Assembly: GCA_964016885.1 (NCBI GenBank)
Contig: OZ024740.1
Coordinates: 219,418,001-219,482,000, forward strand
DNA from: Eledone cirrhosa
Taxonomy: Eukaryota
Length of the DNA stretch: 64,000 nucleotides
Direction of reading: 5' to 3'
Of this stretch, positions 39,971 to 53,230 are shown one piece after another. The position numbers and the translations under genes were made by a program. The notes below the pieces were generated by a model. The model worked only from the letters and a program-made list of their open reading frames with translations. It did not search any database and was not told the origin of the DNA. Numbering within the stretch: position 1 is the stretch's first letter; each line of letters opens with the position of its first letter.

Positions 39971-40059
39971 TGGTGAGGTTAAATGTTGTTGCACATACAA
40001 TGATTATCACTTAACCTTTTTACTATTGTTACATTACTTCTTTGTGCTTTTTGAATCAC

Positions 40060-40119
40060 ATGCTGCTGCTACTACTACTGTTGTTATTGTTGCTGCTGCT
40101 ACTACTGCTACTGTTGCTG

Positions 40120-40176
<57 letters not shown>

Positions 40177-40182
40177 TTACTG

Positions 40183-40243
<61 letters not shown>

Positions 40244-40260
40244 CACTACTACTATTACTG

Positions 40261-40321
<61 letters not shown>

Positions 40322-40430
40322 CATCACCATTTGCCACCATTTACCCCACTATTGCCAACACCACCACAGCCGCTGCTGCCACCACCAACACCATCTCCAC
40401 CTCCACCACCACCACCACCACAACCACAAC
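40060..40430. repeat. (CTA)n then (CCA)n microsatellite
   Basis: Direct reading. Confidence 0.97.
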
Positions 40431-40777
40431 CCTTATTTACTTTGTTTGTGATCTCTTTTTTATGGGGTGCAGTATGTTTAATATATCTTTATGATATGCC
40501 ATGGCTGTAATTTTATATTGATGTTATTATATTTTATACAAAAAAAAAAAAAAAAAAATGAATAAATCTGTTAGAAAAAATTGAAAATACATTTAAAAAA
40601 AAAGAAATGACTCTAAGTTTACATAGTGACTCCATAACTCAATAAGTTTATTTTGAATCTTCACTTAACCACTAAACCATTGATGCAATGTCTATTGAAT
40701 ATTAACAGGATCATACGAATAATAGTTTCCTTTGATGGAGCGCAAAGCCAATTTTTAATGTAACGGTTATAAAAACA

Positions 40778-41360
40778 AATGTGAATTAGTTGTTGTTAAG
40801 GGATTATAGAGGCAACTGTGAACTGGCAGTATTGTTATAACTTATATAAGCAATTTTGGACTGGCAGTGTTGTTAGAGGTTATATAGGCAATTGTGGATT
40901 GCCAGTGTGGTTAGGGGTTATATAAGCAATTGTGAATTGGCAGTTTTATTAGGTGTTATATAAGCAACTGTGATTGTGGATTGGCAGTGTTGTTAGGGGT
41001 TAAATAAACAATTGTGAATTGGCAGTTTTGTTAGGTGTTATATAAGCAATTGTGATTGTGAATTGGCAGTGTTGTTAGGGGTTATTTAGGCAATTGTGGA
41101 TTGGCAGAGTTGTTAGGTGTTATATAATCAATTGTGAATTGGCAGTGTTGTTAGGGGTCATATAAGCAATTGTGACTATGGATTGGCAGTGTTGTTAGGG
41201 GTTAAATAAGGAATTGTGAATTGGCAGTGTTGGTAGGGGTTAAATAAGCAATTGTGAATTAGCAATATTTTAGGAGTTATTTAAGTAATTATGATTATGA
41301 GTTGGCAGTTGCTTGAGGTTATATAAATTGTGAATTGGCGTTTATTAGGGGTTGTATATC
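40778..41360. repeat. 38/44-bp minisatellite, ~14 copies
   Basis: Unit GCAATTGTG(ATTGTG)AATTGGCAGTGTTGTTAGGGGTTATATAA. Confidence 0.92.
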
Positions 41361-43776
41361 TTATATGCATCATGAGGTTCTTTTGAGGCATTGTTTTATA
41401 GTTGGATGCCCTTTCTGTCACCAACTTTTAGTCATTTCTTACAGCTTTCAAAGATACAGTACATCTATTCTAAACCGGATGCTTATTGTTGTTAGGAGTG
41501 ATATAGACAATTGCAAACTGGCAGAGTATGGGACAAGATGCCTTGTAGTATTTGTTCCAGCTGTCTGCACTCTTAGTTCAGATTATGTCAAGATAAATTT
41601 TGTATTTCATCCTTTTGGGCTCCCCGCCCACCAAGCTACCATTCTACAGCAGTGGATTGATGGAAGTATTAGAACACCTGGTGTGTATTCTAAGTTCAAA
41701 TCCTACTGTAGCCTCCTTGGATGCTAGACTTAAAGTGTTGCCCAGTTTAACCCTTTTCATACCAATCTACCCCTGGTTCTATCAAACAAAACAACTCATT
41801 ATAAAGGATTCCTATTTAAATTAAAATCACCCACATAATTTGACATCAGAACTTTTTCTTAAATTATATTACAAATACTATCTTAATCATGAAATAATTA
41901 TTCTAGTAAATCCCTCCAATTCTTCAATAATTAATTAAAATGCAGTACATTTCATTAGAAATATAGCAATGAAAGGGCTGATACTGCAATCTGGTCTTTG
42001 AGTGCCTTTAGTGGAATTAAGTTTGTTATAAGTATTCAAGCCAGGTCTTTTGTTTGGAGATACTCTCATCCCTTCCACCAGTCTTGGAGGCTCATGTCCT
42101 TCCCTCACTGACTAAACAACAACAGGCATCTTAAGGTTATTTTCCCTTTTAAAGCAGGAGTTATCCATGTAGTTTCCATGACAGGCTTCATACTCACCAA
42201 CGGGTCGTTTTTGAGACAATGTTTTACAACCAGATGCCCCTTCCTCATGCCAATCCTAATTTCCTCTTACAACATGTAGAGGATGCTATGTACCTATTCT
42301 ATACTGAATACACACAGTTTCTGTTTTGTTGTTTTTTTACTGTTTGGTGCTTTGGTTGAACAGTAAAAAATATATGGATCAGTATGATTATATTATATGT
42401 ACGGGTTATAGAAAATTACTTCGCTCTAATTATATTAGATGTAAGGATTATATAGGCAAATGCATCAATCCAATTACATTAGATGCAAGGATTATATACA
42501 CAATTACTTCAACCCAATTTTACAATTAGTTAATATATTATATGAACCACTGGGAGGTGAACTACTAAGTAAACTCTGACAGATTTTCGACCGAAAAAAT
42601 CAACAATGATGAAAGTAGCTTCTATAATGTGTTCAGTACAGTGCAGCACTTTTGTTTTGTATGCATGTAGAAATAATAATAATAATAACAACAATAATAA
42701 CAATAATCATAGATATAATACATTTATAGTTTTATGTTAGTAGTACCATTTTACTTTAGAAGAATTTAGTATTCATTTTTCCATTTATGACTGATTCTAT
42801 CCATTTTTAATGGCAATTATAGGCATTTAGGAGAGTCTATTTGGCTATTAGTAATAAATGATAGAGTTTGTCTAGTTTGTATGTCAGAATAACCAGAAAG
42901 AAGAATCGCATACAGTTCAATAGAGAAATATATAACTGTATTAGTGAGCTTTATTGGATGTATTTGATATTACTACATACACCTGCCTCTCCAAATGGTC
43001 AGAATTATTAACTTTCTTCCTAGAAATTTGCTCCATTTACCAACCAACAAATATATATATATATTTTCCTGTAAGTTGCAATAGCAGTTACCAATATATT
43101 CCACTTTTGGGCAACACATTCTTATTGCAACAAAGAATATATATTTTTCTTCTGTTTGAGAGGCTGAGGCATTCTTTTGTGAATGCCTTCTCGATGAATG
43201 AACAAACCTCTGACCTCCTAAAGGACTAACAAGAGAAGCTTGCTACAAGCAATCAATGTTGTAAGATGTCTTAATAGTACTCAAGTCACTTGTATTATTT
43301 ATTCATCTATTGTAAGGATAAATACAATGCATTCTAGAAACATCAATATTGATGCCTGTTTTATTGAACCATTTGTTAGTGAAGGATAAAGATATAGCAA
43401 AACTTTGTGACTCAGTGACTTGGCTCACTGATTAAATTTCCAACAATCTTATTATTATCTTTAATTTTGATTAAAACCTTACACTTTATATGGCGAACTT
43501 TTAACAATTGTTTAACTTTGGTCATATTTCATTCCAAGTTTTTGTTGATATTGTGACCACTACCACCATCCCCACCACCACCACTAACACCACCACCACC
43601 ACCACCACCGGCACCATCATCATTACCACCTCATCGCTACCATCACCACCACCACCACCACCACCTCATCATCATCATCACCACCACCACCAAAGCAACC
43701 ACCAGCACCAACTAATATTTATTGTTTAATAAAAGATGTAATAATGCACCAAAATTGCAGAATTGTTAATGTAGAA

Positions 43777-44094
43777 CAGGGGCATGCAACAGGCAGCCTG
43801 TGGGTCACAATCCAGCTCACCAGACCAGTCAGAGTGGCCCGCGAGGCCATTTTTTAATTTTTACCTTGTAGGCCTATTTAGAATTTTTTTTTAACCATAA
43901 TACAATTTTCTGTTAGTTGCCCTATACTAAAGGGCTTCACTGATAGGGTTATGTGTGTTATAATTTCCCAGTTCCCTGTTATGGAAAGAAGTTGTGGTGA
44001 ATCTTTGGAATAGTGCTTAATAAATATTGATGGCCCTAATTGTTGTTCCAATGTTCAAAAGTGGCCCGCTAATGGAATATGTTGCATACCCCTG
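43777..44094. mobile_element. hAT (Charlie/Buster-type) MITE
   Basis: TIRs CAGGGGCATGCAAC / GTTGCATACCCCTG; TSD ATGTAGAA/AGGTAGAA (7/8, central TA); GTGGCCCGC subterminal motifs. Confidence 0.75.
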
Positions 44095-47000
44095 AGGTAG
44101 AATGTCTAGCAGCATTTCTTTCAACTTTGCCTTGCATACTTTCAGGGTCGATAAATAAAGTTCCAGTCAAATCTGGCCTGTTATACCAAACTGCATCTTA
44201 AAGATGTCAGACGACTTCTTCATAGTACTTTGTTGTAACTGTTTGTCCTTCTGCTGTGTATTTATGATGCACAACACCTTGGTAGTCAAAGAAAACTCTC
44301 AGCATCACCTTGATTTTTCTCTGCACTTGACATATTAACAGTGTGTGCTGAGTACTTTTTGTTGTGACTCCTACACAACCACTTTACAGTGTGGGCTGGG
44401 TGCTTTTTGTTGGGATACCTACACGACCACTTTACGGTCTTTGGAATCTCAGAATCCTTGTTTACAATATCAGGTGAAATGAAAATGTAACTAGTAAGTA
44501 GTACAGCATCTCACACACTGGCTGCCTGGCAGTGACTGACACATCCAGCAAGCTCACCAAAAAGTAAGCATGGACATGAATGTATGCAGTTCCAACCTGC
44601 ACATCTTTGTCACCCTAATGTCATTACTTCCCAGGGGAAAAACTAAAGTTGGATACTTTTTCAACAGATCTCATATTTCAAATGTGCCATAGTTTATTTG
44701 TTGCAAAATAATGAGTTAAAATGTTCTCAACGCGGACTTAGTAAATTAATTAATGTATGCCTTCTAGTGGCCAAATATCAGAATATTTTGTGATATTTGT
44801 TCCATCTCTCTGCACACTGATTTCAAATCATGCCATGGTCAACTTTGCCATTCATCTCTTTTGGGTCAATAATATAAAATACCAATCCAAGATAGGCAGA
44901 ATTATTAGAAAGTTGGATGAATTTGTTTTGTTTTTTCACATTCTGAGTTCAAATCCAGCTTTTGTCTATTAGGTTAGTAGCTTTGACCTGTATCTTGATT
45001 TAATATTATAACCCACTGCTTGAAAATCTTTAGTGGAGTCCACTCTGTTGCATGTATTCAGGACAGTTTTCCTGTTTGTGGATAGCTTCCACACTCCATT
45101 CATTCCAACACTGTTCTAAATAGTGTTTTACTAAACAGTAAAAAAGAAAAAAATGCATGATGATGGTTATGACATCCACATCTTAGGTGAAGATTGAGTG
45201 GCAAATGTGGTGGTAATGGTGGTAGTGGTTGTGTGGTGTGTATGCTCTACTCACACTGTGGACATACATACACAGAATGGCTGAGATGGCTGAAACCGAG
45301 GAGAAAATAAAGATGCCAAAATGGAAATTTTCCAAAAGTTTCTCCAATATTTGGAAAAGGTTAAAATGTTTGTCAGTTTGGTAGTATAGAATTATTGTTA
45401 TTTGCTATTACCTGTTTTGGACAATTGTGTTTTGAGAAGCTTTGAGGTCTCACAAAAATATTCTTTATAATGAAATTTCGATATTATTTTTGAATATTCC
45501 AAGTTTAGCAATTTTCTAATAGTGGTTTGATATCTATAATTTACTGGTGATTGTTCAAAGGTTATTAAGCTACTGACAAGTGTAAGATTAATCATGGTTG
45601 ATAAGATCTGAAATGTATACCAAATCTGTGTTTGTTCTTACTGTAGGACTATGCAGTAAGTTCTACTGCACCAGTTTTCACTTATTCACTCACACTATCT
45701 CTCTCCCTTTCTCTCTCACTCTCTATCTATCTTTCTCACTTCCTCTTTTTTTGTACAGATAGAATAATGGAGTTGATTTATATCAATATTTCAAACAGTA
45801 AGCAGCTGCCTGATTATTGCTAAGCTCTACTGTAACCATCAATTTTGGCAAGGTACCATTAATTTTATGTTTCAGTAGAAATTGTGCCATTAGAATCCTC
45901 TAGAAATCTTTTACAACTAATAATATATATATATATTCATATTTATATATATATATATATATATTCTATCATAGTGTACATTTTAGGCTTTCTTTCATTG
46001 GTCTGGAAACAAATGCCAGACAAAATCTTTGTAATACCATAAATATATTCCTGCTATATAAACACAAAGTATCAATTCCTTAAATGTACTACATGCACCA
46101 CTGCAGTTGGCAATATGTATAGCTGTATCTGCTATTAGAGTATATTTGAAGTAGTAGGCTAAACTGTTCCATTTCTTAGATGATCTAATAACTACTGATT
46201 CAATAAATAAATTATTTCATTAAGAGATCTTCAGTTGATGGAAGAAAATTACAAAACTGTTAACGCCACTAATATCTATTTATTTATTTAGCAAATTGGT
46301 TAACAGCCAAAATTGATAGAATGTATTGAAGTTGATTGTCTCACTTGTATGTCCTGTCCACCACAAATGTCTACATGGTCCAAGTACTACACTTACAGTG
46401 AGTCATTAACAATGATTTAGCAGAAATATCTAAATAAAAAAAAAAGTTGTCCATTATTTCAAATGTTTATAATATCTTCATTAATGAACAAATCATTGTG
46501 AAAATCTGTAGTAAACGAAAGTACACTTAATTTTTTAATGTGATGCAGTCATAATGCTGTTTTGCACTTTTCAAGAATACCTTGCTAATGCAGTTTCATG
46601 TGGTACAGTATGTAAAGAGTTAAATGAATCTCTTTAGATATGTGGCTACACAACCTAATATTGGTAGCAAATCAAACTCTCTGAAACCACATCCTACATT
46701 GGATAATGTAATTTGAGAAGACACTACCTTTGAACATAAGTCTGTTTGATTAAAGCTAATCTAGGATTAATCCCTTCATTACCATATTTCTAATGAAACA
46801 CACTATTGGAATTCATTAATAAAAGAATAGGGATATTTGGACCTCCATACTCCTATGTTACTATTGACTGTATTCCATAAAATAAAAATGTTAGAACACT
46901 CTTGACAGATCGCTGCATTTGTATGTGATATCACCTTCATCATCAACACCATCCCTGTTTTAAATCCATTTTCCATGCTGGCATCACTTTCTGAGACTAG

Positions 47001-47736
47001 ACAAGTTAGATGACCATGTCCTGCTCATTTATTCCAGTTTGGCACAGTTTCTATGGCTGGCTGTTCTTCCTAATGCTAACCATTTTACAACATGTACTAA
47101 GTGCATTTTGTCACATCTCTTAGATATGCCCTTATCTATTTTTTCCATCTCCACACAAAAACAGAATAAATTAATTTCTGGACAAAAAATACTGTACAGT
47201 ATAAATTTCATTAGTAAAATGGTAAAGGCCGTGGAATTGGCAGTATTAGTAGAACATTGGACAACATGCTTTGTGGCATATAGTTATAGCCCTTTATGTT
47301 CTGAGTTCAAATCCTGCCATGGTTAGCTTTGCCTTTTATCCTTATGGGATGGATAAAGTAAAGTACCAGTAACACACTGGAGTTGATTTAATCGACTTAA
47401 CTTTCTCCAAAATTGTTGGCCATGTGCTTAAATCAGAAACCGTTATTAAAATGGTATTATAACATTAACTTAACAAAAAGTTCTTACATGAAATTATGTG
47501 GTTTAAATCCAAATAGAAACTCTTTAAAATGGGTGGTTTGGGTAGGTTTGTAACAAAAGGATTGAACAATAACTACATTCACACACAATACACTAGGCAT
47601 TAGAGCATCACTCACAGAAAGAAAAAAATAGATGATAAATTAGGATAATAATGATGATGATGATGATGACTCATCAGCCTCTGGACCATAGATGTGCTGT
47701 GTCATTCCTCTATCTCTTCATCTACTACTACCACAA

Positions 47737-47782
<46 letters not shown>

Positions 47783-48244
47783 AATAGTATATACTACTCA
47801 GACTGGTTTGTTTCATACCACATCTACTCAGGCACTCCTTCATGAATTATCTCTCTACCTCTCATCAACCCCCCCCCCCAGGTCCTGCACAAACCATTAC
47901 ACATAGTCCTTCTTGCCCAGAATGCTGGCTTTGTGGTTTCTTCCATCTTGTGTCTTTCCAAAAACGAGTTGCCTTGCATTAGTTTAATCTCTCCAGTTTC
48001 AGTAAAACTGGAAGGTTATGGGCAGTAGCCCTTCCTCCAGAATTAAATAGAAAAAGAATTCTTAGATCTAGGAATCCCAAACACAGAAAATAACTGTAGA
48101 TGCAGTCAATTGCTATAAACAATAACTTAGAAAATTGGGTAAAATACCCTTATAATTAGGAGAAAGTGGTCAGCAGCTGTTTTATTTCATCTTTTTGCCC
48201 CCGAAGTCAAAATTCTTTTGGGATGAGTAAATAAATGCTAGTCA

Positions 48245-48413
48245 AGAGGTTCAGACGCCATGCTTTGCAGCATAGAGTTACAGTCCTTTACGGTCTGTAT
48301 TCAAATCCCGCTGAGGTTCACTTTGTCTTTTATTCTTACGGGGGTCGATAAAATAAAGTACCAGTAATACACTGGGATAATTACTGGCCTTGTGTCAAAA
48401 GTAGAAACAATTA
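48245..48413 (+). mobile_element. Deu/Nin-like tRNA SINE
   Basis: Core GGGGTCGATAAAATAAAGTACCAG and family tail. Confidence 0.82.
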
Positions 48414-48645
48414 TTGTTCGAGTGCTATGTATGATATTTTGCACTATCTGTTCTGGGTCTATGCTGTCTCAATTCAAATCCTGTTTCTTGTCACCAGAAA
48501 AAGGTTGACATGATAGAACTGGAGCCTCAGTCGTTAAAATAGCCCAGAAACCTCCTATGAAATGCTATTTCATAGAAGATTAGCTAAGCTTATAACTGGT
48601 GTGAGATGTAACAACAAACACACACACACACACACACACGCACGC

Positions 48646-48681
<36 letters not shown>

Positions 48682-48685
<4 letters not shown>

Positions 48686-48733
48686 TATTTCTGGCAATAT
48701 TATAACAATATGACCCTCCCCAAATATAACAAT
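48682..48733 (+). mobile_element. Extreme 3' stub of the 31603 PLE family
   Basis: TTCTGGCAATATTATAACAATATGACCCTCCCCAAATATAAC is the reverse complement of ~31603-31648; lies between (CA)n and (TA)n. Confidence 0.75.
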
Positions 48734-48967
48734 ATATATATATATACAAGTGAATGAATGAAGGCCAGTAACTCCTTCATTCACTTGTTTATACCTGCTC
48801 TGCTTGATCACTCTACTAAATATTAAATCCTCTCTAATATTTAACTCTGCTAATCCAAGCATTGAGCATATTTCACTTCGGCTATCGGTATTTAGTAATC
48901 TGTATCGCACCTCTCTGTATCCCCCTCTCTCCTCCTCTCCTACAATACATATATCCTATTATTATTA

Positions 48968-49622
48968 TCTGAGTTCAAATCCCGCCGAGGTTAACTTTGC
49001 CTTTCATCCTTACGGGGTCGATAAAATAAAGTACCAGTAATACACTGGGTAATTGCTGGCCTTGTGCCTAACGTAGAAACAATTATTATATATATATAAT
49101 GGACGGTGGATTGGCAGTATTGGTAGAGTGTCGGACGCCATGCTTTGACTTATAGAGTTACGGCCCTTGTCATTCTGAGTTCAAATCCCGCCGAGGTTGA
49201 CTTTGCCTTTCATCCTTACGGGGGTCGATAAAATAAAGTACCAGTAATGCACTGGGTAATTGCTGGCCTTGTGCCAAAAGTAGAAACAATTATTATTATA
49301 TATATAATTGTTTCTACTTTTGGCACAAGGGCAGCAATAATCCAGTGCATTACTGGTACTTTATTTTATCGACCCCCGATGAAAGGCAAAGTCAACCTCG
49401 GCAGGATTTGAACTCAGAATGACAAGGACCAATGGCGGTGGATTGGCAGTATCGGTAGAGGGTTGGACGCGATGCTTTGCAGCATAGTTACGTCCCTTTA
49501 CGGACTGAGTTCAAATCCCGCCGAGGTTAACTTTGTCTTTCATCCTTACGGGGTCGATAAAATAAGGTACCAGTAATGCACTGGGTAATTGCTGGCCTTG
49601 TGCCAAAAGTAAAAACAATTAT
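48968..49622. mobile_element. Cluster of four young Deu/Nin-like SINEs (+,+,-,+)
   Basis: Copies at ~48968-49088, 49100-49295, 49305-49430 (minus), 49433-49622. Confidence 0.88.
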
Positions 49623-52600
49623 TATTATATATATATATATATATATATGGCCTAGTTTCAGACCAATCATAATTACATAATGATTATGCAATGAAACTTC
49701 ATAGGAGATGGGGGCTCCTCAAATGAACATAAAGATTGTCTGTTAAAACTACTCTCATATATATATAATGTGTGTGTGTGTTTGTGTGCGTCTAATGGTA
49801 TAGTTTATATGAAGTATCGTAGTTAAGATTGTTTTGTGAAGCTGGTATAATGCAAATTGGAAATGCAAGCATCAAAACTAGGGTAAAGTAAGAAAAATAA
49901 AATAAGAAAATAGTTTAGAGCTGGGGTTAAGAGGTTGGGGGTTTAAACTGTTAATGTATATTAAATTATATTTCCAAAAATGAGGAACTGGTGTGAGGTT
50001 TTGACGATGAGCAGATATGCCTAAATAGATAGATAGATATGGTTAAATAAATAGATAGATAGGTCTAAATAGATAGATAGATAGGTAGATAGATAGATGT
50101 CTAAGTAGATAGATACATAACTTTCTTTTTATTTGCCACCAGGACATCAAAAAGTGGGACAAGTACAATGGGGGGAGTTTACATAAAAAAGGCGTCCTCA
50201 ATAAGGAGGAGGCAATAACAAGATATAAAAATAAAATAAAATATAAAAATAAATTTAATAACAAAATCCTCAATAGGGAAGAGGCGCCTTGGGGGTCGCA
50301 CACACCCTCGAAAAAAAGTGTGCAACCCTTCTCCTCAGGAGCACAGAGAGGGGGGTGCTCCCTTGATCTTTCATCTTCCTCACCTATAGTCTGATGTAGA
50401 GTGAAGGCCCATTCACACGGGCCATTATCGCCACTTTCACCCATCTTTCATAGAAACGGCTGGGGTGCAGCACCTCTCTCTCCATCCTGATCCTTCTTCC
50501 GAAATGATATCGGAAGAAACGGACCAGTTGTTGGCCAGAGAGAAAGGTGTCTGACCTCAGTCCTTTCAGACGCGTCCACCATAAACCACTTTCGCCATGG
50601 CTATTACGCACAGAAACACCGCCTCTTCTTCGTTTTTGAAGAGGGGAGGCGGCTTGATCATTACAATAGACTCGGTGGTCAACCGGATTGGTCCCACCCT
50701 TGACAGCAGTTGTTCGACATAGCCCCACAGATCGGCAATGCCCGAGCAGTGTACCAATGCGTGTGCAACGGTTTCCTCGTCGCACACGCATCTGGGACAG
50801 ATCTTTTTCGAGGGGTCCTTATCCAGGCGCCCGTGTCTGTAGAGCCTTTCTCGAACGGGCAGATCCCGTCGGTAGCACTGCCAGGCCAGGGACCTCTGGA
50901 AGTTATCCATGTGTCCCGGGCTGAATGTCCTACCGAACAGGTTGGCCAGTTCGTCTTTCTCCATGCCTAGGGCTTCTCCGAGGGCGTCGTCGCACCTGCT
51001 AACCACCAGTCCTCTATAGAATGATGAGGTGGATTCTCCACTGACAGCCGGGTCCGCCTGCCAGAGAGCCGTGAGCGCCTGGGCACACTCGGTGTGCCAG
51101 GCGCCCAGTTTTCTTGGTCTTTGCTTGACCCAGGATTGCAGCTCGGTGAGCGAGACGAGTCTGGGAAAAGCTCGCCTCACAAACGGGGTCCACACCGGTT
51201 GACCGGTGAGGAATACCTGGAGGTGCCGTAGCCTTAGTGCGTGTTTACGTATCATTAGCCACGGCATCCCCAGCCCTCCTTTCGAAGGGTGTTGACAGCA
51301 GATGGATCTCCTCACCATAGGAGCCCGCTTGTTCCAAAGGAATTGGAAGAGTGTGCGCTCCATTTTGGCGAGCGTTTCCCTTGGGCAAGGCACAACAGTC
51401 AGGTGGTAGTAGATAACGGACGCTATATAAGTGTTCGCCACCTCCGCCCGACCTTTCAGGGACAGTTTGCACTCGGCCCACTTCTGGGTCAGTGCAAACA
51501 CCCTGTTCGTCACCTCACCCCAGTTCTTCTCCACCTGGAGGTCTGGTCCGAACCAGAACCCGAGCAACTTCACCGGGCCTTCCGTCCAGCGCCCGATGAC
51601 GCCATCGGAGGGCATCGATCTGCCCCTCCACGTGCCGAGTTGCAGACCGATCGACTTGTCCCGGTTCAGCTTAGCCCCTGTAAACCTTTCGTACTCCTCC
51701 AGTAAGGTGCCGATCGCCCCGATTTCCGAGGCCGTCGACACCATTACTGTTACGTCATCGGCGTAGGCTGACACCGCTTTCCGCAATCCCGGTTCCAACG
51801 GGATGCCCTGCAACAACTCCTACTTCCGCAGCAGTGGCTCTAGAGTCATTACATACAGAAGAGAGGAGAGAGGGCACCCTTGTCGGATGGACCGCGTGAT
51901 TTTGAACAGCTCCGAGAGGTAGCCGTTCACCTTGACACTAAAGCAGATGCGGCTGCTGTGCATGGCATTGATCCAGCCCCTGAAAACGGGTCCAAAGCCT
52001 GCCGCCACTACACCGCATCCAGGTAACCATGGTCGACCCTATCGAACGCCTTAGATTGATCCAAGTTGATCAGGGCCCCACCAACGCCGGGTCGTTCCCA
52101 ACCCTCTCTATGATGTATCACATAAGGTGGAGGTTGTCGTGGATGGACCTGGACGGGATAGCGCATGTCTGCGCATCTCCCACCAGGTTGCCCACGACAA
52201 GCGCCAACCTCTTTGCTAGCACCTTGGCCAAAATCTGTAACTCTGTATTTAGCAGAGTTATGGGCCTGAAATTATTTATATCGTCCCCCTTGTTCTCGTC
52301 ATTCCTCACTAGCGTGACTACGCCCTTGGTCACAGCACAGGGAATTCTCCCGTTCTGTTGCCAGTTGCAGTAGACCGCCTCGAGGAGATCGGGGAACAAG
52401 TCCGGCATAGCTAGATATAGTTCGTATGGAAGACCATCGAGACCCGGGGATTTGCGTTTGCTGAATTGGCTCAGCACGTCCTCTATCTCAGCGGCTGAAA
52501 TCGGCTCCTCGCAGGACTTCACCTCCCTGTCCGAGAGACGCGGCAGGCCGTCGAGGTATGGACCGAAGTCCACTTCCCCAACCGGCTCCCCGCCCCTTCC

Positions 52601-53230
52601 GAACAATCTGGCAAAGTGCTTTTGAAAAGCCTCGCACATCTACTTAGGTTCAAGGATTACCCGTCCATCCTGGTCTCGCAAAGACCGGATAGTGGATCTA
52701 CTCCCTCTTTTGGCTTCTGTCACGCAGGCCCAGCTAACAGCTTTGGTCCCCTCGTTTCCCAGAGCACGTATTTTGCTTCGGACGATGCAGCCTTCGTGTT
52801 TTGCGTTGAAGAACTGGCCCAGGGCCGTTCTTGACGCTAGCACTCTGGCCACGTAGCCACTTCTAATTGCCTCTTCTACACTATCTACCAACTCCCTTTC
52901 CTTCCTATTTCTATTTGAGGCTAACTCCTTACTAAATTCTATAGAGACTACTCTAATCTCTCTTTTGAGAGATCCCACCACCTGCTGTTGACGATGGCGC
53001 CCGTCAACCGCTCCTTAACTAAAGTGCTAATCCAGTCCCTGTAAGCCTTACTTTCCGGTAAGGACAAGTTGAGCTTCCAGTAACCGGGTCCCTGTCTATG
53101 CGTTCTGTCAAGGTTGACCATGCAGGTCACTAACTTGTGGTCTGAATAGCCAACCATGCGCATTTTTGGACAACTTAAAAAGTCCTTATCCTTATTTCTA
53201 ACTAAGAACCTATCTAGGTACTACCTAGAT

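Noticed and set aside
45759-45797. Candidate micro-exon after a strong pyrimidine tract
   Set aside because: Peptide unrecognisable and no partner exons identified
53212-53230. Palindrome as a hAT excision footprint
   Set aside because: It reads as native Tx1 APE codons (S-R-x-Y-L-D) once the transposon and one TSD are removed
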